IMG/VR virus record: IMGVR_UViG_3300009314_000003
Span: 32,001-96,000 of that record
Direction: 5' to 3' (one strand)
DNA: 64,000 nucleotides
From: a virus
Shown here: one piece after another, positions 18,306 to 28,000 of the stretch
Layout: every line of letters begins with the position of its first letter
How positions within the stretch are numbered: position 1 is the stretch's first letter
The notes under the pieces: generated by a model
The model's database searches: none
Seen by the model: only the letters and a program-made list of their open reading frames with translations
Told to the model about the DNA's origin: nothing
Translations under genes and position numbers: made by a program

Positions 18306-18983
18306 ATGAGTAAGATAAGACTGTACAACGAAGACATATCCCAAGAACCTACGTTGGTTTGTCTTACTGTGGATGGTAGTTCTATCCCAACTGGGGTTAG
18401 TCTATACTCCTTCATCTCGGGTATGCGAAGGACACTCAAGATGATTGCACCTGCCCTACATTTTGAGCCGGCGTACCCGGATTATATTATAAATTATGAT
18501 GAAACCAAATTTGAGACGGCTATTACCTGGGAAGTGCAAACTATGGCCCCTACGAAATTAGGTGGGAGTCCATCAAAATCTCCAAGCATTGGAACAAGGG
18601 AAATAAAGCCCCGTCTTCGCTCTGAGGTACATGTTGATGGTAAGTATTATCAAATTACCGGGCAATTCCTTGATTGTTTCCTACGGTTTGTTGTATGGGC
18701 CAAAACCGCAAGCGAGTCGGAACAAGTAACTCAGTGGTTTCAATCAGATTTCATGAATAACTTTTCACGCCTGTTTGGTTCACAGCAGGTATATCTTTAT
18801 GAACGGTCGAGAGATAGCGAATTGTTGAAGATAAACAATACGCTTCAAACAAGGTCCCTGGAGTATTATGTACTCCTGGAGGACTACACAGCCATATTGA
18901 CAAGCACGATCCAAGAGATCAAAGTGGATATAGAAGCTAAGGATACACTTACTAATATCATGGGCCATGGAAATGATACCTAA
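18306..18983 (+). CDS. Putative tail terminator / tail completion protein
   Basis: 225 aa with FVVWAKTASESEQV; immediately before the sheath. Confidence 0.55.
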   Translation: MSKIRLYNEDISQEPTLVCLTVDGSSIPTGVSLYSFISGMRRTLKMIAPALHFEPAYPDYIINYDETKFETAITWEVQTMAPTKLGGSPSKSPSIGTREIKPRLRSEVHVDGKYYQITGQFLDCFLRFVVWAKTASESEQVTQWFQSDFMNNFSRLFGSQQVYLYERSRDSELLKINNTLQTRSLEYYVLLEDYTAILTSTIQEIKVDIEAKDTLTNIMGHGNDT

Positions 18984-19168
18984 TATCGTTTTCCATAGGG
19001 CTGTGATTTAGATCATACAAATGTTATCATCATCATTATCATCATTATCACACCGTCCTGTTTTGAGTGATGTAAGTGTCAATGTGATGATACAACCTTG
19101 TTGTTCATCAGTATGTGCGTCAATATATGAGCTGATTTATTACTCTCACAGCAGGAGTAAGAAATAGA

Positions 19169-21826
19169 ATGGCACTTCCTAAAATCACAAGTGTTTTGAC
19201 AGATGGAAATCTGGAACGGGCCGAGGGTAGTGGTAATCGTAGTAAACATATTACCATTATAGGTACAGCTGTAGATGGGCCAATGTATACATCGGTGACG
19301 ATCCGAGATCTGGATCACGCTGAGAGCATTTTTGGTACCTTCAATAGAGGAACTCTTCTCCGCGCCATGAATGAGGCATGGCAAGCCCAGATGGATAGCG
19401 GTAGAACTCCGTACATCTCTGGTGTGCGTGTAGGTGGTCTGGTTGCTTCGAGGGCTGATCTTGAGATTGAGAATAATAACTCAGAAGTAGCTCTAAAGCT
19501 TGAGGCTCTTTACCACGGTAGTCGATATAATGACATCGTTATCACCGAGGATAGTTCTAATGATGCTATCAAGATATACAACCCCGTATCTGGTATTTGG
19601 TCAACCTTCAAATATAACTGGACAAATTCCAACGCGGGAGGCGTAGATGCGCATAACGTCGTTGAACTGGCAAATGCCATCAATGCTGATAGTAATCTGA
19701 ATGGTATTTTGGTTGCATCGGTTCCTGAGATGATTGCTACGTTTGAGGTATTTGCTAAAAGCGGCGACGCTTTTGTGTCTTCCTCAAATAGTAAAACCAC
19801 TATCACCCTTAATGGGGCCGGTAGTGGCGATCTAAATGCAGACACTCTTTACCTGGACGGGTCATCGAGTACCACTACCATAGACGAAGTTCATAGACCA
19901 ATTGTAAGAGTGTCAAAGGTGTATGCTATTACTGATGGTGGTATCGAGGTTCTTGAGGGCGGAAGTTCTCAGGCTACGACAGTACATCTACCTCTGGCGG
20001 GCCGGAGTGATACTCGTTTTGATACCCTTCTCAATGTTATTGATGAGAACGGGACATTAGGCGAGCTAGCTCAAACCCCGGATGATTTGGCCATAACTTC
20101 AGAAGGGTATTTCAAAGTCCGGAATCAGGGCATTGGTATACTTGATCTTGATGTTGGTAGTATTACCTTCGATGCTCCCCTTGCTATTGCCGATGCCGAT
20201 ACTTCAAGTAATTTAAGTGGTACAGCATCAGCCTATACTACGGCTAAAAATTATGGTGCTGGTTACACTGCAAGCAATCTTGGAGCAGAATTCCAAGGCT
20301 TAACTAGATGGACAGTAGCAGGGGAAGAAAGTTCCTCTGGTACTTATCCTATCAAAGTTGAGTGGAAGGATCCCTCTGCAGGACCTAATGCGTGGCAGGC
20401 CGCCAATCTAGGCGACACAGCCTGGGCCCTTAGTTGGGCAAACGATCAAGCGACACTTACGTTCCCAAGCAGTACACCGGACAGGTATGACGGAATGGAG
20501 ATTAGAATCTCTTTCGATTCATGTATTGGAGTGTTCAATGAGAAGTCAACCCTGGCCGGGGTTGAGGAGTCTTCATCTTCCTTCCTGGATTACTTTGTGC
20601 GAGGTCAGGAAATCATCTTTGGTAAAGCCCTACCACATAACTTGGCAGTTCGTTACGCCAGGGTACAATACTATGAGCTCGGCTCCACAATATCTCTAGA
20701 AGATGCTGAGGCCGGCAAATTTAGTATTACTGGTGTAGGTATACAACCAGGTCCTGGGGGCGGTGCTCTTGGAACTAGCGATAGTACTATCGGCTTTGAT
20801 GTTATATACGCTCAGGATGAATTCAGTTTAAGTAGCTCTCAATCTCTTCTAGGTGGTACCTCCGGTACTGGTTTATCGGATAGTACTCTCTACAGTGAGC
20901 TAAAGGAGGCCTATGATAATCTGGATGCATTTGATTTTGACCTCTTAATCACACCTGGTGCATATATTGACTCCACAAAAGGTGGTTACAATGTACTAAC
21001 AGGCGCTCCAGAAGAGGTGAACGCAGGATTCCATGAGCTTATGGATGAGTTTCTCTCCGGTTATAATGGAGATGCCCGTGGTATTATGGGTTTCAAACCC
21101 ATAGTAGGTACTGGTATCAATAATACCATCAGCAGGAAAGATGTTGCCAGTCGTGTGTCCAAACTAACTGTAGTTGATTACAGTGATAATCTTCGTGCGG
21201 CTAACTTTCTGGCTAACTTCGACTCCAAATATATGATGGCTATTGATCTAGAACCTATCGTTATAGCTAAAGGCTCCCGTTATACAACTACGGGCGAAGC
21301 AATAGTTGCTGGTCACCTGGCAATTCTAGAGCCAGAAGAAGCCCCTTATCTTAGCTCCTTAACAGGTACACAGGGTCTTCGTTATCGTTACTCTAGTAAA
21401 GTAGCTGATGGCCGTAGTCAACTTGATGCACTAAGCGACATGAGAATAATAGGGGCCAGGATCGATGGTTACAGGGCGCGGCTCGTTGATGGACCGTCCC
21501 TTGCTGAACCTGGATCTGATTACGAACGCTGGACAACCTCCAGCATCGTGGCTGCTGTTATGAAAGATGTTCGCGCTGTTGCCGAACCATTCCTCGGACA
21601 TGTCTCTAATTTGCCTACACTACAGGCACTGGAGACTACTCTCCGAAGTAGACTTAATCAGCGAGTACCAAAGTCACTTTCCGCGTATTCCTTTAAGATC
21701 AAGTCTTCTCCGGCACAGAAGGTTGTTGGCATCATCGAAATCCCACTGACATTGGTACCTGTGTTTGAAATCCGTCAGATAAAGGTTACAGTTGTACTTA
21801 AGGCTGACGCCTCGACTCTGGCGTAA
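19169..21826 (+). CDS. Contractile tail sheath protein
   Basis: IIGTAVDGP, AESIFG, LLGGTSG, AEPFLG and the C-terminal LTLVPVFEIRQIKVTV; AGGAG RBS. Confidence 0.92.
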   Translation: MALPKITSVLTDGNLERAEGSGNRSKHITIIGTAVDGPMYTSVTIRDLDHAESIFGTFNRGTLLRAMNEAWQAQMDSGRTPYISGVRVGGLVASRADLEIENNNSEVALKLEALYHGSRYNDIVITEDSSNDAIKIYNPVSGIWSTFKYNWTNSNAGGVDAHNVVELANAINADSNLNGILVASVPEMIATFEVFAKSGDAFVSSSNSKTTITLNGAGSGDLNADTLYLDGSSSTTTIDEVHRPIVRVSKVYAITDGGIEVLEGGSSQATTVHLPLAGRSDTRFDTLLNVIDENGTLGELAQTPDDLAITSEGYFKVRNQGIGILDLDVGSITFDAPLAIADADTSSNLSGTASAYTTAKNYGAGYTASNLGAEFQGLTRWTVAGEESSSGTYPIKVEWKDPSAGPNAWQAANLGDTAWALSWANDQATLTFPSSTPDRYDGMEIRISFDSCIGVFNEKSTLAGVEESSSSFLDYFVRGQEIIFGKALPHNLAVRYARVQYYELGSTISLEDAEAGKFSITGVGIQPGPGGGALGTSDSTIGFDVIYAQDEFSLSSSQSLLGGTSGTGLSDSTLYSELKEAYDNLDAFDFDLLITPGAYIDSTKGGYNVLTGAPEEVNAGFHELMDEFLSGYNGDARGIMGFKPIVGTGINNTISRKDVASRVSKLTVVDYSDNLRAANFLANFDSKYMMAIDLEPIVIAKGSRYTTTGEAIVAGHLAILEPEEAPYLSSLTGTQGLRYRYSSKVADGRSQLDALSDMRIIGARIDGYRARLVDGPSLAEPGSDYERWTTSSIVAAVMKDVRAVAEPFLGHVSNLPTLQALETTLRSRLNQRVPKSLSAYSFKIKSSPAQKVVGIIEIPLTLVPVFEIRQIKVTVVLKADASTLA

Positions 21827-21884
21827 GGTACAAGATGGACTGATCTAGAGCTAGTCTGGTCCAGAAGAAACTAACTCAAATCAG

Positions 21885-21910
21885 AAGGCCCCTATAACCT
21901 GGGGGCCTTT
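21885..21910 (+). terminator. Probable intrinsic terminator after the sheath gene
   Basis: AAGGCCCCTA-TAACC-TGGGGGCCTT followed by a T-rich tract. Confidence 0.6.
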
Positions 21911-21936
21911 GCTTATTAAAGGGGTATTACCGCTCT

Positions 21937-21948
21937 GTGACATAACTA
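21937..21948 (+). promoter_or_regulatory. Candidate phage promoter motif GTGACATAACTA (copy 2), upstream of the tail tube gene
   Basis: Identical 12-mer to 12279-12290; both have TTAAAGG 23-24 nt upstream. Confidence 0.5.
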
Positions 21949-22030
21949 ATTACAAGAGCTCAAGGGCCGGCAGTTAATACTGCATAGAGCTGAGGGCCAT
22001 TAACTTCTGAAACAAGGAGATGTAAATACA

Positions 22031-25000
22031 ATGAGTAATGTGTTTGATGTAAGTACAAACGATGTTGCTAAGACATTTACGACCTTCTCTGGTTCGGACA
22101 TCAAAGCGGTATTCGGAAATGTGGAGATAGGCAATCTGCAAGGCCTTTCACTCTCGGTAAACCGTGAGGTGAGGCCGGTGTTTGTGATGGGTAAATAGAT
22201 GATTTGCCCTTTCCTGCTAATATCGGGGAAATCTAAGGGCCAGTGGGCCTATGGCAATCCCGAGGCAAGCCCATTATGTGGCAGCCGTAGAGACTTGATC
22301 AGCAATGATCAGGCTCCGTTGAGAAAGACCCTAATACAGGGTAACGGAAGCAATACGCAGGAGCTGTCTAAATGAACGATCAAACACATCAGCTATTGAA
22401 TGGTAGTCTGTTGGGTGACGGTTACTTGAGCAAGTGCCAATATCATACCGCCAGTGATGGATACACACGCTGGCATAATAGTCGTTATGAGGAAGATCAC
22501 AAAGAAGATGACAAGTCCTACCTTGAGTGGAAGGCAACAATCATGAGTCAGGACTTTGATGTGAAGTGGGTATATAAAGAGGCACGCACGTTGGGCATTA
22601 AAGGACATGAGGCGGACTGTGGTCCTGTTTATCGAATTTACACCAATACGTCTACTGAACTGTCCGATCTACGGCAGATATGGTACCCAGATGGCCAGAA
22701 GATAATACCGGACTATCTGGATGACTTTGACTCCTCGACACTGACTTCCTGGTACTATGATGATGGCACCTATCATGTTCACCGTCAGATAATAGAGATC
22801 AGCACCGATAGTTTCACCCTTGAGGACGTCAAACGCCTCCAGGGATGGCTTAGAGACCGGTGGAACATTGAGGCTGCCATCAAGCGCAAACCAGGACACG
22901 CTATTAGGCGGTACTACCTTCATCTTAACAGGGAAGCCTCCAAGAGGCTCCTCAGTCTAGTCGAGGATGTACCAAGTATGGAACGCAAGAAGCCTATGGG
23001 CTGGGATGGAGTCTTTGATCGTAGTGAGACACCATCCAACTTTCATAGGCGGCTGAACGCTAGGCTGTCCTCAGGTGAGAAGCGGAAGCTAATAGTCCTC
23101 GACCTACAAGAGTTCTATGAACAGACTGGGCCGTGGGATGGTTTCCCAGCCGTAAAGTATCACTACACTGAGGATTGCATAAGTCCAACCCTGGCCATAC
23201 GCCACTTCGGATCATTCAAGGTGGCTCTCGAGTCGGCCAGACTGCCAACTAACTATATTTAGACAGCAAGAGATAGTCCATACCTACCGAAAGGTTAGGA
23301 TGAATTGAAATCAGATGCCGTGAGTTACTCGAAGGGTAAATAGATGTTTGCCCTTGTAAAAGCTAGCTCGTTCGAGGAAACCTACAGGGCCGTGAGGCGC
23401 CAAGGCAATCTCGATGCAAAGACGGTCCCGGGGACTTGGTTACCGGGATGCAGAGGCGGTAGAGACTGCACGCTAGCCAGCTGGGCCTCCAAGGGTCAAA
23501 CAGCTGAAGGAACAGTCCAGGCCCATGGGAAACCATGGAGAATTACTGAAACGCGGAATCGCAGGGTTGAGATGAATTGGCTCTGCTTAAATCCGGCTTA
23601 TATCGGTGAACGCCGAGAGGCTAATACCGAGGGGTATCCGTACCTGTGATGCAAACAATAGGAACTAACATAAATGTCTAGTGGAAAGTGGAAGAAGTAC
23701 AGATCCTGTCCTATTACTAGAGACGGGGTCAGAGTACTGTATGGGACTTTGCTAGGAGACGGATCCTTATTTAAGGATCCAGAGTGTGTGAATTATAGAT
23801 TTTCAGTAACACACTCTAATCGTCACTCAGATTATATACAGTGGAAACAGTCTATACTTGGACTTCCATCGAGTATTTGGAATGATGAGAAAAGAAACCT
23901 AGTAAAACTTCAGTCACTAGCCTGTACCGAGCTTACTTCTATACATACCAGCTTCTACAATGGAGCTGTTAAACGAATTCCACGTGACATTGACTTAACT
24001 GAACTGCTGTCACCTTTATCGATAGCTACCTGGTTCATGGATGATGGTAGCTACGATGTTGAGGAGGCAGTAGTTATATCCGCGTATGCTTTCTGCGAAG
24101 AAGATATGCTTCGTGTAGCAAAATACATGGATCACGTTTATGGGATTAAGATCAATGTCTGGAGTGATAATCGTGTTTACATACGCAAGGAATCACATGA
24201 CAGGTTCTTTAGTATTATCACTCACTACGTAAGTGAGGTTCCTTCTATGCATTATAAGGTACGCACTTGGATAAAACCAGGTGTCTCCCAGGTGAAACTC
24301 CTGGGGTATGACGAGCCCTGTAGAGACTATCCCACAGCCGTGGGATCATGGGATGGATTTATCCGCCCATGAAACGCCGGACTTGAACTAATAGAATATG
24401 AACTGGACACAAGAAGAAACTGAGATCCTGAGAGATAATTACTCCTGGAATCCAAGGACAGCTATGTTACTTCCTAACAGGTCTGCACATCAGGTAATAA
24501 AGAAGGCTAATAATATAGGCCTGAAGAGAGATGGGCGAGGTAGGATAGATACTCTAAGGGCTGACTATTTTGATCATTGGACCCCTAACATGACATACAT
24601 CCTAGGATTCTTCACAGCGGATGGAAACATATATGCACCACCAACCCGGGTTGATGGGGTTAGTGTTTATAAGATCACATTTGCCCAAAGTGACCCATAC
24701 ATACTAGAACTAGTATGTGATGAGTTGGGTATCTCAAGAGGGTATATTTATGGACAGCAAGGGCTTAATGCCTTACCTCAGGGCGGGTACCTGAATATGA
24801 TACATCCGATGTATAGGGTAATGTTTACCAGTAAGTATATGGTAGAGAGATTGAAGGAGCTTGGCTTGTCTGAGCGTAAATCAACACAACTCAAGAAAGT
24901 ATCCGTACCTAAGAAGTTCTTCGCTCACTTCTTGAGGGGCTACTTTGATGGAGATGGTTGTCTTCAGATATCCAATAACACCACACCAAGTATCACATTT

Positions 25001-28000
25001 ACTGGTGGATCGAGGCAGTTTCTTAAATCAATCGAGGCCCGAATCAGTCGTTATTGGGATCTCCCAGGTGGCAGACTAAGGCCCAGGAAAAGAAACAAGG
25101 TCTGGGATCTGCGGTATCGTAAGGCTACTTCTCTCGAGATCTTGAAGAGAATGTATGAGGGCCATCCAGATATTCTATGCTTACTGACTAAGTACAACAA
25201 ATATGCGGGTGTTATAGGTGATGATGTAATTGATATACCAGAAGTATCATACAATTACCGAGTCTATGACACTGGCACACAAGTTCAAGAAGATATAGTC
25301 CAGGAATAGAAGATAACGTAAGTTATTGATAATTCAGCACTTATATTGACCATGTTTGACCGCCAAGCCCTACACGACATCATGCGGAGTGCTCGCTATG
25401 TAGCCAAACCAGATGATTGGGCAGGGTCGGCGGGTGTTTCTCGTGCTTTAGGCGATGCCTCAGATGTAGGTAGTGACTACACCCTGGAGTCTCCATCATA
25501 TAGTGACCAGATTCCACCGTTCGATATTACACTCGTCGGTAAACCTAAATAAGAGATGAGTAATCTTAAATACGATAAAGAACAGTTAGTATCTGAATCT
25601 CTTATTGAACAGCCGCTCTCAGAAGCGATTCTGAGTGAAACACCGGGTGAATTCAGTGGATCCCTAAGTACCAGTCAAATCTGGGATATGGCAACACTGA
25701 GCCAAGCCACGCTGGGCTTTGATAGCGTGGAAGGTGCAACGACTACATCTCTGAGTCCCAACAATAACGAGATGCACGAGCTCCCGGCACCCCTTCGGGG
25801 TGATGATATAGTCTGTGCTTCAGGGAAACCTGAAGAAGTAGCGGATAAAGAGCCGCTATGGTAACAATACAGGTTAACGAGTTTGGGTCAGCGACAACAA
25901 TGCGAATACATGGAGTTCACCTCATTTCAGAGGGAACTGGTGTGTCGGTTGACAATCAGCCGCTTTCCCAAGAGATTGGGATTGACAAACTGGGTGAATT
26001 CGGAGGAAGCCTAAGTGCTATTGCATAAGGTAACTCCGAGCCAAGCCGTACTGGGCTTAGATAGTACGGAAGGTGTAGAGACTAGCTTGAATCATATAAT
26101 AATAGTTCACCAAAGTGTGTAACGAAAATGAATAAAGACAAACGTAGCATACTCTTAGGTATGTGTATAGGAGATGGTTACATAGGTGTCAGTACAGACA
26201 AACGGTGGAATACCAAATCCTACGTACTTAGGCTATGTCACTCAGTGAAGCAGAAAGCATATCTAGAGCATAAAACCGAGCTCCTCCATTCTGCTTTAGG
26301 TGGCAAGAAACCTAGAATCGTTGAGTATAACAATAATGGATACCCAGGTGTGAAGTGTAGCAAGACAAATAAGTACTTTAAGGTGCTTAGAGATTGGTTG
26401 TACAAGGATGGGGAAAAGGTTGTTACCCGTAGAATCCTTGATATGCTTACTCCACAAGGTATCGCAATATGGCATATGGATGATGGTAGTTTGTATACTA
26501 AACGCCGCAACGGAAAGGTTCACGCTTGGGAGTTATGTACCAGCACATATGTAAGCTGGGATGAAAACCAAGTAATAGTGGACTATTTTCGTGATGTCCA
26601 TGGAATACGCTTTACAATAGTCAAGGGAAAAGGAAAGTACAGGATTCGCTGTGGTACAAAAGAGGCAAAGAAGTTTATTGAGATCGTCAAGCCATTTATA
26701 ATACCATCAATGTTGTACAAAGTCCGAATGATCTCTGACAATAATGATTCAAGCCAAGAGCGCCCAGCACCCCACGTGGGTGATGATATAGTCCGGACTC
26801 CAATGAAAGTTGGAGAGATAAGGTTTAAACGGCCTTATGATAACAAGTCGTGATGACAATGTCCAAGAGGCGACACAACTGCCTCTCTTCTCGAGTAATT
26901 GAGATGCCTAAACCAGGCTTATATCAGGGGAGGCTAAGTCCTACGGGATATGCTAATCCTGAGGGGTTCACGCCCTGCAGAGACTCATCCACTATGGATG
27001 GATCCGGAGTGCTTTGTCAGCCGGATAATACGCCTGGCTCCCACTTTATGTGGGATGATGAGATAGTCCATACCTACCGAAAGAGTAGGAGTAAATGCAC
27101 AAATGACGTTTGTGGCTTTACCCAAGACGGGCTGGGTCACATTAAACCGTGCTTAATCGGGGAACCCTTACTGGGGAATCCCGAGGGGTGTTTCGTCCCG
27201 GTTACTGCCGGGAGTCTGACAAGCCCTGTAGAGACTGAATAGTATGAAACTATGGACTAACAAAGAAGTTGAGATCCTTCACGAGAACTATAGCTGGAAT
27301 CCGCGTATTGATGAACTATTACCGGATCGTCCCAGACGTCAGATTGTGAGTAAGGCAAACCGAGAGGGCCTGAAAGTAATGGGACGCGGACGTGCATGGG
27401 GCTTAAAGGTAGACTTCTTTGACCATTGGAGTGAGGAGATGGCTTATGTTTATGGCCTGATCGTTGCTGATGGGTGTATAATGAAGCGTAAGGATAGTGG
27501 TATAATGGTTATTGATATAACGCTAAATGATGAAGACCACATTAGGCGATTAGCCAATTTGTTGGGCGTACCAGAGCGTGTTTATAGTAACAGTGATGGT
27601 ACATATCATCTGAGGTTTGTTAGCAACTACATAGCCAAAAGACTGATGAAGCTTAAGGTTCCGTTTCGTAAGTCTCTTGTCCTTGGTAAGCTTCCTGTCC
27701 CTAAGAAGTTCTTCTCTCACTTCCTACGTGGTTACTTTGATGGAGATGGATCCTTCAGTATTAATGCTAAGGGCCGAGCTCCTATGCTTAGTTTCACATC
27801 AGGTTCATACAATTTCCTTCGATGGATTCAAGCAAAGTTAAAGAGGTATTATGGCTTTCCAATGGGTCGTCTTCGTAATAAGAAAGGCACCAATACATGG
27901 AATGTCTGGTATAGGAAATCTGCATCTATATTCCTAATGGCAATAATGTATAGGGATAAGGGTGACCTCTTTCTTCGCAGGAAGTATAACAGATACATTA

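Larger units (their letters stand above)
23568..25337 (+). mobile_element. Group I intron 3 (1770 nt) carrying two endonuclease genes
   Basis: P1 GCAGGGT| / GCTCTGC; P3 TCCGGC/GCCGGA; one R (CTGTAGAGACTA, ~24318); P8 CTTGAACT/AGTTCAAG; one S (GATATAGTCC, ~25291). Confidence 0.88.

Noticed and set aside
19021-19167. ATC/ATT microsatellite and a possible 48-aa ORF before the sheath
   Set aside because: Low complexity, no RBS and no recognisable motif; treated as intergenic leader.
23344-23649. 101-aa ORF in the track
   Set aside because: It runs across intron 2, exon 3 and the start of intron 3; it is a chance translation of ribozyme core sequence.
25346-25552. 68-aa ORF as an independent gene
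   Set aside because: It is exon 4 of the tail tube gene plus a few intron codons.
25556-25864. 102-aa ORF inside intron 4
   Set aside because: It coincides with the structured core (GDDIV is the S element translated) and has no endonuclease motif.
26850-27242. 130-aa ORF in the track
   Set aside because: It spans exon 6, intron 6, exon 7 and the intron 7 core; PCRD and EIVH are translated R and S elements.
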